Shown one piece after another: positions 23,789 to 45,500 of a DNA stretch of 64,000 nucleotides. The notes below the pieces were generated by a model. That model was not told the origin of the DNA and ran no database searches. It saw only the letters and a program-made list of their open reading frames with translations. Every line of letters begins with the position of its first letter. Position 1 is the first letter of the stretch. Source of the stretch: Balanoglossus misakiensis (taxonomy: Eukaryota > Animalia > Hemichordata); the NCBI GenBank assembly GCA_040954595.2, contig CM082579.2, positions 11,149,625 to 11,213,624 of the forward strand, given 5' to 3'. Made by a program: the position numbers and the translations under genes.

Positions 23789-26782
23789 TTAAAGTGAATG
23801 TTGGAGAATGGCTGTTCAAAATCCGACTGTCATGTCTGTTGATGTGGTCATTTAATAAAAAGAAACTGCAAAGGCGGAATCTGTCCATTTTCAGTATTTT
23901 TTTATAAACACCGTAAGAAAACTGATAGTGTAGCTTTCTTCAAATATGCTTGTAGAATTCAGTATACTGGAGTTGATAACAAAATATGATTGTTATTATT
24001 GTGCATTATTCAGACATTCCACATATGTGTTGCTGATTACTATAGTTGGCAAAACATGTTTATCGTTGGTGATGTACAAGAGAGAAAAATTAGTCCCTCT
24101 TGGATGGAGAGTGTCATAATAAAACCTTGAGCTAAAAAAACATCACATGCAGCAATAGTTTTTTCTGGCCAGTTTCCTAGTGGTATATTGCAAAATTTGT
24201 CATTAAGTAATTTGCAGTATTTTCTTGAGTAGATTTGCTAACTATAAACATAATGGAACTACTTTCTGTTTGTGAATATGGAACACTATGAACGCTTCAG
24301 ATGACTGTTACAATTGGTGAAACTTGGTGATAATTGAATATTCTGGGAACGATTTTATCATCAGAAGAACATATTAGTCATCAGTATATTTGGTATAGAT
24401 CTCAAAATTTACAAAAATGACTCACTTTCTTGAAAGTTTTCTCGAATTGCTGATGTGATCTCCTGGCTCTGGAGAACTGATAAACAACTGTTTCTGGGTG
24501 GCACCATCAGTGATGGATCAGTTTTTATTGAAAATCAAGAATCCATGGGTAAAACTTCAATAAGAACAGATCTCTGACACGGGATATGTGCAGTACACAA
24601 ATCATTTTCACTTGAATTGTGATGTGGAATATGCTGCTGTTCTTTCTCACTCACTGCACTTTATCAAAGTACTACCACAGAATGCCTAGCATCTCTTGTG
24701 AAAATAATACTTCATGGATTTCTGTCATATTTTTCACCCATTTGCTGAATTACATACATCTTGTCTTTCAGTATCAACATCACCATGCTATTTATTTGAA
24801 TACACAAGACAACATTCAAATTTCAGGTTATTCATTTTAATTGAAAAGTCTTTGTAGAAATACTTGTATGCAGATCTGTTGATGAATATTTACAAAGAAA
24901 GGAAACTGCAGGAATAAAATTAGAAAAAGAACAGTGATTTTTATTGGAAAAACAAGAAAATTTTATTCTTTAGAACTAACACATTATTGAATATAGACAT
25001 GATTCAACCAAAGATTTGTTTTTTTTTTAGCTCTTTTAAAATTAAAATGAATCCATATCTTGTTAAAGGTCTGAAAAAAGACTCAAACGTTGAAGAATTC
25101 TTAGGGATACAGTGAAGTAAATGAAAAATGACAATGTTATATTATCAACTTGCCACAGGCCAGAGCTCAGAGAGCCAACACTGACAAGTCTTATCGAAAT
25201 TATCTGAATTGCAATAGAAACAAGATAATTCTCTTATGGAGTTAGCTGCTAGAAATGATTCTCCAAAAATACATCAGACTTTCTTACAATATATAAGTAA
25301 ACATGATTTGTCTATGTATAATATAATCAATGTCAATATTAAAAGCTTTCCTTGCAATTAATCCCAACCCATACCCATACATTTGCATAACAGCCCATAA
25401 TGCCAGTCAGAAATTCCACGACTGTTTCAAAAAAAATGGCTTGAGTTGTCACAACATCATTCAGAATGTCAGATACAGATCAATTTATTCTCAGCCAATC
25501 TTTTAAAGCCCTGATACTATACATTAAATACATGTATACAAGGATGAACAATAATACTGTACACTAAACTATAAACATAATTGTTAACTACTTTAACGAT
25601 ACATTGTAGTACTTTGGGAAAAAATACAAGTTGATTTATTTACAACAATCTATATTACAATGATTTTTCTTCTTCTAAAACAAACAATCAATTAATTATA
25701 AATATGAAAACTTAAAATGACCAGGTAGTATCAAAAAAAAATTTGCTGGGTAGTTTGTACAGAACAAAAATACCTGTCCCAGTTCAAGAGTATCAATTTC
25801 AAGTTATATTATCCAAAAATTCAGAACATTACTGCCTTGTGATCAGTTACAAAGGACAGATATTATTTAAAGCTGTCAAAAGAGCACACTTCATGATGAA
25901 AATGATATGTCTCCATGGATACAGTGTCTCCATGGATACATGAAGATTGCCACAAAGCAATATATGAGAACCATCCGGCTACATAACATATACACTTGTC
26001 TTTTCAAGTCTTTAAAACCCCAAATAGCTGACATATTTTTGCATTATTTTCATTGTTTTACTTTCAAACTTAGAATGGCCCATTTCAATAGTTTTACAGA
26101 TGAGTAAACCTCTTATCAAGCTTTGATTGTGGCTGTACACTTAAATATGAACAAGATAAATCATAAACGGGTGTCACACCCGTTTATTCAGCCATCCATT
26201 GCAAGAGTACACAACTATGCTGGTATTCACATATGGGTACGGTGTTAACATTAGAATCCTTACACATTAAAAATGTGTTGTCTGTTGACTATGAAGGATA
26301 AGGAGAAGATTGAAAGTATTTGATCAATTAAAATATGCTGAAATTGGCAGCTATTTGGGTTTTTAAGAATCAATAGATACCATGTAACCACCATTGTATC
26401 TGGGACCTCCTATTCTTGTAATTATTAATATTAATGCATAAATACTGTGAAGTGAATACAGAAAACATAAGGCATTTCTTTATATTTACAAGTCATTGTC
26501 AACAACACAGTCCGTAATGCATGGACTAAATGAAGTGATGTTAGAGAGAAATCAGTCCAGGCACGTCATGGCCAGGGTTTTGGGTGAAGAACCTGGTAAT
26601 TGTATTTCTCTGTCCCTGTGCCGAGTTGGAATGAAATTGTTCAGAGATGTTGCCAACAGTATACTCTTTCAGTACACCGTAACTGAAGTTTGAATGAACA
26701 CAGTCTAGCGGCCAGACAGATGCCTGGACTGACAGCCCAGTCTGGCAGTTTTCCTACCAGTCATAAGAAGGCAAATTTAGGA

Positions 26783-26967
26783 ACAATCTGATTAAAATCA
26801 GATGTAGAGTTAGGGGCTGGTGAGAGTTTTGGCTATTCTGTTCTGTCGGCTTTGGCTGTTCTGTTCTCTGTTTGGCTGTTCTCAGACGTAGTGTGGACCC
26901 CCTTTACCATTGAACAGAACAGCAAAAGAATCAGCAAAAGTAAAGACGGCGCCCAACTCTATATCTG
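26783..26967. mobile_element. Degenerate longer relative of MITE family D; a further right-end fragment at ~47402-47474
   Basis: Begins CAATCTGATTAAAATCAGATGTAGAG, has a central GTAGTGTG, and ends AACTCTATATCTGA. 47402-47474 shares GAACAGAACAGC..AAAGAC and ends TTTTAATCAGATTG. Confidence 0.65.
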
Positions 26968-27392
26968 ACTGATCTACGAACAGCCCAGTGGGACATTCTC
27001 TTAGACAGGCTATTCTAACTCTTGACCAGGCCAGCATCAAATGACCATAGATGGTCTTATTACATGTACTTTGATAGGAATGTCTGAAAGCCAATCCTGC
27101 AATACATGGGAAAGTGAAAGCAGCCCAATATTTGTACAAAAGAGAGAAAATAGACATGGCACTCTACCTATATAAAATAATGCAGAGTGCTCGATTTGAG
27201 ATTTGTGCTTAATGTGATCACACAAGCAGGTTGTCACACTTGTTCCCAAACTACAAGGAGTTGAGAAGTTGCCAATTCTTTTAGCAAACCACCTCTGCAG
27301 AATTTTCTAATGGCTACCAATTAACATGATAGGTAGCTGATCATCTTCAGACTGGCTGAACTGATGTCTTTCAGTTGGCTTATTGTCCACAA

Positions 27393-34875
<7,483 letters not shown>

Positions 34876-34917
34876 CTTTCTACGTACCTTCCTGTTGGTG
34901 CCAACTGGGCCTGCGCG

Positions 34918-34932
34918 GTTGCTATTGGATAC
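34918..34932. promoter_or_regulatory. Candidate RFX X-box upstream of CCDC169
   Basis: GTTGCTATTGGATAC (reverse complement GTATCC-AAT-AGCAAC), ~45 bp upstream of the ATG. Confidence 0.5.
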
Positions 34933-36996
34933 AATATACAACACAGCCCAGTTTGAACTTTAAAATACCCCGGTACTCAGTGTTTGCCATTATAAATGCT
35001 GCATTGTCCTGTATATAACTACAGGTAACTTTTGAAAAAGTGGTGGATTCATTAGTTAAATAAATAAAAAATGAATTTAACAAATAATAACAGAGTTTGA
35101 ACGAAATAAAACAATGTTTAGAAATGCTTATATGCATGATATGAGGTGTAGCTATTCAATTTACATGTAAAACACACACTAACACAAACTATCCACATAT
35201 ATAAGAACTGAAGCACAAAGTAGCATACAATAGAATCTGTTTGTTTTTTTCAATGAGAGAAACTAGAATACAAATGATGCAGGAGTGGTACGATTTGAAA
35301 AGCTGATTGGAGACAACTTCAGGAAATTCTGTAGAGCAAGAATAATAAATCAGATAAACAAAACATATATACAATTTACTCACCGGTATCGTGGCACCAT
35401 TTCAGCATTCGAACAATTAAAAAAAACCTTATAGTGTCTATGTGATCGTCATGGGTCTGTCTCTGAGCAATGTTTCATCTAGCTGGTGGGATTTGTACAA
35501 TTTAATTGAAACACCTTTTAGTCTGTCAAACATTGACAGCAGGGGGATTCATAGCACAACAGGATAACAGCTTTATATAAAGTCACTTGAAATCCCAACA
35601 AAAGCTCCAAACCCCTACTAACATTATGGCAAGGGTCAAAATAATGCATGTGACTTGCATTTCAATAATGTCTCTGTCACAAGGCCAGCACTGGGCATCT
35701 CACACACATGTACTGCCGACTATAAATATGGTTTTATTTATATTTACCATTTTTTGTGAACATTGACTTCGAAATAACATGAAAATTAAACTTCTCTCCT
35801 CTAAATCTAACTCAGCAGTTGACATTTGCATGGGTCCAGGTGCACTTCTCAATATTTTCCAAAGGAGTTGCATGAGTCCATTGTTTCCTTCACAGCTCTG
35901 ATTACGTGGAAAAATGTCCTCATTTACTTTTAGACTTTGACATTTCTAGACTGTTAAGTGTTTGATTATTTTGTGAAAAGTAAGTAACTGAGTACAGCTC
36001 CGAGACCCTTAACATTTGTCAAACTGTTTGTTTACATCTCTGAATAACATGTTTTTGTTCACTATTCCAAATTTAATGTAAAGGATTCTATCTTGGTACA
36101 TGTAGATATGAAGGCAGCAAGAATCACTTTTGCCTTGAGTTGGCTATTTTTGCTCACAGATTTTTCTATAGGATTTCCCGGGACTGTCTTTTGGCGACCG
36201 AAAGAGAGGCCACAAGTGCAGTCTGGGTAAACGAGACTACAGAACCTTCTGAATATCAAAATTTAAAATCACCAACTTGAAAAATGCTGTTCATGCTTGT
36301 CTTGGAGTTTTTATGTGCAAGTAGGCAGTAGCATGTCAAGAAACACCTTGCACCAAACTGAACTTCTCAGGGTGTCAACTGAGATCAGGGCCAGAGCAAC
36401 TTGTCCACACACAAGATTTGGACTGATGCAAATTTCATGTCAGCTCCAATCTTACATAACAATGGGAAGTTTGGAAGAAGGCAAGATCAAACACTTAGAT
36501 GTATCTATATCAAAGAGGTTCTTTATTGTGCAAGTCAAAAGTGATTTCTAATTAGACATTACACAGCTTTGAACAAGTGGTGAAACACTCACAGGTAAAG
36601 TTTTACAGTCAGATTCTTCTGATAGAAGCTAATACTCTTTGTTGTTAACATCTTTAGGTGTCAAATGTCACTATACACGAGTAACAGAATCTTACTTGAT
36701 ACACAGAGTATGTGTTGAAGAACTTCTTTGTGTTTTTCAGGCCTTAATTTCATTCAATCATTGCAAACTATGACATTTCACTCAAAGAAACTCTTATTTA
36801 CAAAGCACTGGTATTAAAGCAAACTGCATGTTTTCACCCCTAATTACTAACATGTCACCCTTAACTGGTGAAATGGACACAACTCAACAAAGCAGAATCA
36901 TTTGGAACGTGATACAAGACATGCTCTTATTATTATTAAAAAAAAACATTCCAACATCAAAATAAACACATTGTCTTCCAGTCTGTTGCGTCACTC

Positions 36997-39158
36997 TCAT
37001 TTGACAGCCCACCAAACATCAAGTGTTTCTCCAACTTTCTGTTTCTCTGTTGATAAAAAACAAAACAATAACATAAGAATTATTTTATGCAGCTGTTATT
37101 ATCAGTACACATGTATGATCACTGTTGATTGGCTGTTCTCTATTTGTGTTTGGTGTTCATTATTTCTCTGAGTTATTCTAAATACAAACTCAAGGACACT
37201 GCATGAGCATCAGATTTCTACACAGGGCTTAACATTTTCTGGCAAGGTCCACTAGACCAGGACTAGTGGTCCTGAATGAAAATCCACTAGTCCTGAAATG
37301 TTGGAACAATTGTATGGAACTACACATCCGACAGCTAATGTTGAAGGAGGAATTTTTACTCATTTTTCGCTGATTCAGGCAGGAGAAAAATAAACAGTCA
37401 ATGTCTCTGCTCTATACACATGCAATGACTTCAATTCTGATAGCATACGAAAACACTATCAGGACAGCATGTCTGCTAAAACAAGTAGATTTTTACCACC
37501 GCAGAGATCACAATCTGGTAATCTGCATACAAAATACGTTCTGAGCTATCAACCCAAGCACAACAAAAATGATCAATTTTGACAGTTGAACACAGTTCAC
37601 TTACTTTGTGGAGGAAAATCCTGGGGATGTCTCTTGATATAATCATCAATGTACCAATCTCTCTCTGCCCAGTGTCTCATTTCAAATCTTCTCATACCAT
37701 AGCCTAACGCAGCTCCAATCGCTATAGCCACAATATGGCGGTGCATGCCTACAATGTACATGACAGGAACAATAAAATGGCATAAGTACTTTTTTAATTT
37801 CAGAAAGTCTGAGCCAAAATTAAACTTCCCTCATTTAAAAGGAAAATGACATAATAAATGGTTACTTGTCAGTTGATCAAACAACAATGATTGCATTACA
37901 GCACAATGGACAATGTACATGTATCCACTGAATTTCACTTCAGGCCATTTTTGACTTACAAGTTACATGTACACAGATAACCAGACACTCAACCTTGAAG
38001 ACATGTGTGTCAGTTGTATTTACCATACACCTTATCCTGCCAAACCTGTTGATTTACGGATGGCATAAACTTCTGGCAGCCAGACGCATTAACCTACCAA
38101 GTATGTGTGTGACACATACACAGTAGGGCCTACACTGTACACACATACATGCTGATGATGCCAAACCAGTGAGATTTGGCGCATTTATAGGGAGCTTCAA
38201 ACTACCATGCAGAGCCCATGTACATGATCCGACCATGCCGTGACATTGATTCAAAATAGATAAAATAGCAGTTTTCACTACTTAGCAGGGTCACGTGCAA
38301 AACACTGGCAGGGAGAGATGGTCATAACTGCATATTTCCACATGTTTACTGCATTGCCAAATATAAGGTATACGTATCAAAATGGACCTCAGCTCCACTG
38401 AGAAATGCTGTTTAAGAAATCAATTGTCAGGTCTACATATAATAGCCTTCAAATATGTTAATGAAACTTATGTTTCCATAACTTATACCATATAAAACTT
38501 CTCGAATAGATCAGGTCAATCCACACTGCCAAGGAAGACACACTCCGCTGATGTACATGTAAGCTGCCACATTCTGCTTATTCACCAGATTCCCCATAAA
38601 TTGAATAATACATTGTCTTATATCTTTGTATTGAAGTGACTACATTTACCAAAATTATTCTGACAGACCACTGAACTCTCAATAATGATGGAAATTATTC
38701 TCCATTGAGACAAGACCCCTCAACATGATGAAGTTAAAGTCACAAGGCTGTTGATTTGATCGTGCGTGAACTTTGACCCGAAGCAGACTATCAGTACATG
38801 TATCATTGGTTGGTTGACTTTCGCTCATTTTGACACCTGCCACTAGTTTCATAGGCTAACCTTCCGAATTCTCACTCAAGAAATAAAACAGTACATCTAT
38901 GATTTATGTGCTCGACATATTATCCCGGCTTTTTGGAAATGCGGGGTCAATGTTTTTTTTCCAACCCTGTGGCCTGGCTGGGCCTGCCAGACACTGGATT
39001 TGAGCAACTGGCTGAATAGAAAATTATCAGTGGCAATTCTTACCGCTAATTATCGGTCTTCGGTTCATGCCATTGTTAATTATAGATGAGAATAACCCAA
39101 AGAAACCAAAGGCAAGAGTGTGCCGGTTAACAACTGGATGAGGGTCGGGAAGACTCAT
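36997..39158 (-). CDS. NDUFC2: NADH dehydrogenase (complex I) subunit NDUFC2/B14.5b, ~102 aa; exons 39158-39044, 37748-37605, 37046-36997
   Basis: MSLPDPHPVVNRHTLAFGFFGLFSSIINNGMNRRPIISGMHRHIV...AERDWYIDDYIKRHPQDFPPQKKQKVGETLDVWWAVK. The RRP..SG.HR and HP.DFP motifs are characteristic; three phase-consistent exons. Confidence 0.85.
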
Positions 39159-39514
39159 CTTCTATCACGTACAGGTTTGCGAGGCCAACCAGACACACAG
39201 ACAATTGACACCTTAAGTTAGTCTGGATTATCACTGCTAGGAAACCGTGCCGTTGATTGTGGCTTCTGTCATAATTTCCCACCTTTTTGGTATGTTAGTA
39301 TCATAAGACATCTTATTCTATCTAATTTGACATTTCTATGTCGACGTTTCCGTATCGGGTAATTATTATTGATAAAAAAAAACCTGCACTGACTAAAGCG
39401 GCAACTTAATATCTGTAAGTGTAACACTGAATCTTGTGGATCATGAGCAGCACCACCAGCGGTAGAAATTAATCTGTGTTGGCCTGCATGAGCCTGCATA
39501 TGTTGGCGACCACG

Positions 39515-42500
39515 ATGGCTGATCAAAGAACCGATAGTCACGGAGCCAACACTGTTGGTAGTCAGGATGCAGGAAAACAAGCGATAGTTTTGCAGTCATT
39601 ACTGCTTGCAGAAGAAAACTTGTCCCATGCGAATTTTGGCAAAGCGTTTGCACATTATTTGCTGGTGCTGAAATTGGCCCCCGAGATGGCAAAGATGATC
39701 AGAAAAAACTTCAATCTCGCCCTTCGGGAGTGGACTAATATTCTGGAGGATCGCGGTCATATGAATAATCTGTTTGAATGCTATGAACAAGCACTTGAAT
39801 TAGATGCTGATAATGAAATCATCCTCAACGACATGGGTACTACTTTGTTCAGGTAAGCATTGGAGGAATGGACTGGGGTGAACGAGTAACATTGATGTTG
39901 TTATTTAATTGGGGGGGGGGGGGGGTGCTGAGGGGCTAGGTGATTGGGGTATACCAATTTTCCGTTGTTCAGCCACTGTTGCACCAAATTTTCTGTTCTA
40001 TTGCCATTTTTACTACTTTGTGCTGAAGGGCATTGTAGAAGAGAAAAGTGTGGACACTGAGGGCGCTGTCTATAGAAAATGACATTTCTGCAATTTTTTC
40101 CAGTGCTGGTCACTATCACCTTCTTTCATGGAAGCAACATAGTCCCTGGATCTGTGTTTTGTAAAAATGCATGGTAATCATGGCAACAGATTCTATATTG
40201 TCATGTAATCCACTAGTTCAACAAATATGCATACATACATACATGTGTGTACGTATGTGACCCTTGAAACTGAAGTTTCTAATATTTTGCATTTTGTAGG
40301 CTCGGATTCAAAGATGAAGCTGCATCATGTTTTAGAAAAGCTCTGCGTATAAATTGCTGCTTTGTAGAAGCCAAAGAAAACCTGAACAATGCATCTTCTG
40401 CTTTGGTGGAAAGATGGAATTTCCGAATGTTAAACGACCTATGCAGAAACCAAGCTTACAAGACAAGTATTGAGAAAGCCATTAGTGACGGCCATGACAA
40501 TGTATTGGACATTGGTGCTGGAACATCAATATTAAGGTGTGCATAGATCTAAATGATTAACTTTGGTTAAAATTCTTGGATAAATTTGAGAATTCATTAT
40601 GTTGGTGTGTGTCTACACAAAACCATTGCATACTCAAATTGTGACTAAAATAATTAAAAACTTTGTTATTATTAGCATAAATTTATGATGACTCAAAAAG
40701 ACTACCCGGTAGATCTGTGTTGTATCATAGCTATAGTAATATTGATTAATTAAAATATGTTATAGTATGTTTGCAGTTGAGGCCGGAGCCAAACATGTCT
40801 ATGCCTGTGAAATGTCCAAGACAATGTATCAGCTTGCCAGAGATGTTCTTGTAACAAACCACATGTCAGATAAAGTGGTGCTGATGAATATGAAATCTAC
40901 TGATATGGTAATACCCAGAGATCTGCCGGAAAAGTAAGTGTATTACGATCACACATCAACAGAATAACCACTCACTTTTTCAGTGACGTAACCCTTTCAT
41001 CCACCATGGTTCAGTCCAAGCCCATTGTTTTCTATGGTAAGGTTGGACCTCTAAAGAGGGAACTGGGGGTGAAAGGGTTAAGGGGTCCACAATAAACTTT
41101 GAAAGCAAGATGGTTTCTATCAAATCACAAATAACAGTAATACCTTTAAAAGTTTTTCCCTGTGCCTAAATATCAGCACAGGAGAGTTTATTACTAATGT
41201 AGCGAGGACATGCTTTCTAAAATGCATTGTTTTTTAAAAAATTCCTTTGCCAGAAATTTCAGTAATTGTCACATGAATAATGATTTGACCAGAACACGCT
41301 CATGCTTTTCTTTCATCGCAGGGTATCATTGGTTGTCACGGAGACCATGGATGCAGGATTGTTTGGTGAGGGTATTCTGGAGACATTACGTCATGCATGG
41401 CAGCATTTACTTTCCAAATATGAAGTATGTATATAGTCATTCTATTAGTCAATCCATCCATGTTGTCTGAATGCCTATTCTGTGTGTCCACATTGAGTGA
41501 TTTGAAGAAAATATCTAAAAAACTTGTCTATAGTCATATTAATACACAATAGTATGCGTACCAGTAACAAAACATAATGCATACTTTGATATTATTCTTA
41601 CAGTGCAATGGTAAAGTGATTCCCAGAAGTGCTACTGTGTTTGCTCAAATCATAGAATGTGATGAAATCAGAATACAACATAGGTCGGTATAGTGAATAG
41701 ACAATTGTGACGTGTGTGTCAGTTGTTTGGTGCAGTGAAGATCTCTCTCCTCTCTTCCCCTCCAACCATCCCCTCACCCCCATTCTCTCCCTCTGTCTCT
41801 CTCCCTCTTTGTCTCTGCCTCTGTGTGTGTCAGTGTGCCCTGTTAGCCCACATGATGTACCACTGACTCAACAAACTCGCTGGTGACTCAAGAAATTATC
41901 CTCATTACATGCAACGGTATAGCGCTGATTCAGGGAAATTTCTAGAAATCCTCAAATTGACACAAAGCTTTTAAAAAATTGTTTATGTAAGAGAGCACAC
42001 TGGTGTGTATTATTAGTATAGTAGTTTTGCTTACCACCGACATCTGGCTGTGTGTGGCTGGCAGGTGGCATAGACATGCATATTATGTACCCGGCAAGAT
42101 GTACAAAACTGTATGTATTCACACGGGACAATTATTATGTGCCTCGTGGTTGCTGATTACATGGAGTCGTGTCATTTTCTTCACACATGTATGGTCCCAT
42201 TTGAATCTTATTTTCAGAAACTGTAGTTTGCTATTTTCAGTCTCTTCTTTTCAATCATCAGGGTATTCCATAATCAAGTTGGTAACTTGAGACTAAACTG
42301 TGATGTTGTCAGTGCCAGTATGGCTGTGCAGTGTGGCCTGAGTGAAGAGAAAACAGAACCATACAGTACTGAAATCCTCTCTCAAATAGGCAGTGGATAT
42401 CGCCCGCTTACACAAGTCTTCCAAGCTATCTCGGTAGATTTTAATAATCCTCAGGTATGTAGTTTGCCATCATTCATCAAGTTGTATCAGGGACTACCAC

Positions 42501-45500
42501 AGACGAGATTCTTCTGATAACGTTCTTCATCTTGTCTCTTAACTGTTTGCACCAGTTTTTTTTTCCCAGTAGAGAGTTCAAACGAGAAATGCATCACAGT
42601 GAATGCTTTGCTAACTCTGATTAATGTCAAACTGTATCATGAAACTGACTGGTGCATATTTAAATTCCTCTTGAAAATTAATTGATTGGATTCAAAATTG
42701 TGGCACTGTGCCTTTAATTGTGATATCAATAAAAATCTGCAAAACATCTGATGGGGTCTCTCATTCTTAGTCATCTTGTTTCGAAATATAGTCATAAATC
42801 ATAAAAAATATTTTAAAAATGCAGATAGCAGGTTCTGCAGCTCTGATTGTGATATACAGAATTGTGAAATCTTGTTTTTAAAAACAAGTACCTGTCTTTG
42901 GTAATTGGGTTCTCATTTAGATTGTCATTCCTGATTGGTTCTGCAACTCTGTCATTTTCTCTGTGCAGATGTTGTGTTCATCTCTGCCCTGTGGACCAGA
43001 TGTTCACCATATTGTACCAGTCACAAAAAGTGGACGTCTTGATGCCATCGTAGCATGGTTTACATTACATCTAGATGACTCGTGTCAACTCAGCACATCA
43101 CCAGGTGATAACAGCTGTTGGGAGCAAGCTGTCTTTGCTATCCATCCAAATCAATATTCCAGTGGTATGTACAAAATGATATTAGTAGAATCTGTGGCAT
43201 AATAGTTGAAGTGCAGAATTTGAACATAGCTCTGTACAAACAAGACCATCATGTGTATAAATGTCCACGAATATACTGGTATGTTTATATGAATGTGCAT
43301 GTTACATTGCAACTCTGTCACCTGACTTGACCAATGTCTTGTGTCCACAGAATGTTGAGCATGGGATGTTTCAGTTGTCAAAACACAGGGAACTCTTCCT
43401 CCTTGTTTGTAGCACATATGTGTGTGTGTGTGTGTGTGTGTATGTGTTGTTGTTGTAGTAGTCAGTTTAAACTACATTCCCATTTTGTGCCATTATGGGC
43501 TCTTCCTCCTTGTTTGTAGTGTGTGTGTTTGTGTTTGTTTGTTATTGATTAATGTAATAAATGGAAAAAATATGTTTGTTTGTTTGTTTCTTTGTTGACA
43601 GGTTAGGGTACATTCAATGGTTAGAGTTTGGGTTAAGTGTTAGGGTTGGGGTTGTTTGTGCCATGAACTCGTGTACCTTTTGCCATCATTTGTGTTGATG
43701 TTTTTTTATGTTATAAGTTACATGTATATCTTGGTCTGCTTATTTAAATACATTATCTGATCTCAAATTTTTAAATATTATAAATTTGTATATTCAGAAT
43801 GTAAACATATGACCCAACAGGTACTGGAAAAGTTCAAGTGGGGGATAGAATATCAGTGCATGCAGCTTGCAGAAACGATCATCTCAGTTTACGTGTCAGT
43901 GAAGTTACAAGTCAAATGGAAGATTCTATCAACTGTCATCATGATAGGCCACGTCAAAGTGCAGATGAAGATGTTTCCCAAATGAACAGAAGTCACATGG
44001 ATGCCAAAACACAAGAAGCCAGCCATTCTGACAGAACAAACCCAAGTGCAAGTCGCGCTGATGGGAAGAATACAGAGAGTCCTGAAGCTTTTGTTTTATC
44101 ATCCGAAGAAATCAGCAGGATTAACGATGGGAAATACCAGAATATGCTGTATGAAGTCATAACATGTGTTCTGGAGAGACATAAAAGTCGTGCTAACACC
44201 GTTGGCGATCATGTGACTAATTATCATCAAGGTGAAGCATTATGGAAGGAACCCAAAGATGTGGTTGCCATGGATATTGCCTCAAGTTTCTCTCTGGCTG
44301 GACTCTATGTTGCTAAGACGGGTGTTACTAAGGTGTTTGTACCGAAGGTGACTGGGGACTGCAAAGAAGTTTTACAGTTCATCGCTGGGAGTAATGGAAT
44401 CGATGATGAAACTGTTGAATATTGTGAAATTCCAGAAGACACCAAGGCGCATCTCTTAATGGCAGATGTAATAGACAGCAGTGGAATGTTTAGACAGAGA
44501 GTCTTAGAAGACATTGCTATGGCAAAGTAAGTGTGATAATAAGGGTTTGGTCTTTGGTGGGTACATGTACCTCAGATCTGTCAATTTCACAGTTCACACA
44601 AAATACTTGCATTCAGGGTTGATTTGGAAACATCATTGGGGTAAATTAGAGTCTAGTCACTCTCTCAAGGAGTCTTTGCTTTACAGTCCAGTTCAGACTG
44701 CTCTGATAAAACCACAAAATCAGGAATCTAGTTCTGCTACACTTGCAGGCACATTGCAACGTATTTGAATGTAGTCAGAATGAAAATTCTGATGTGGAAA
44801 TAATTCATGAAAAGATACAGAAAGTATTTTGTTATGGACTGTTTCGGATACCTACTACTGACTTTTGTGTGTCTTCTACGTCAACATGATATTTGCAGAG
44901 TTTTTTTTAAAATGTATGAGACAAATATTGAAAGTTGTTCTGGCTAATACAATCATTCTGTTGTTTCTTACAGAAGCAGTCTACGTACGAATGGCACAGT
45001 GATGCCATGTGGAGTAACCATCAATGCAATGTGCATACATTCAGCTAGTTTACAGCGAGATAGCTGTGTTAGTGATCAAAGGACACTCGGTCTACGCATT
45101 GCTCCATTCATTAACATGTTTCAGGTGAGATTGCCATTGGTATCATAATGAACAAAGCCATCAAAGATAAAACCGACGAACCAACCAAGTGATGTTGACA
45201 TCACTCATAAGCTGATCAACGGATGACCAACAGTGCCATTGTCTATATCCCTAATGCTACTGGGTGTCATACCTGTTTAGAGTGTCAAGTCCCTTAAAAT
45301 ACGTACTAGTATTTGCCACTTTTTCTTCTGAAACGTATTTTGACTGTCTTGGCATGGCTCTCATACATACTCAGACACACTTGGCAGTCTGAGTCCCCTA
45401 TAAAATGTACCAAATCGCACTGGTTTGGTTTGAGGGTTTTGTATAGACACTTGGCAGCCTAACAGGCCTGGGAGTCAGGATTCTAGGCACCCTGGAAATC

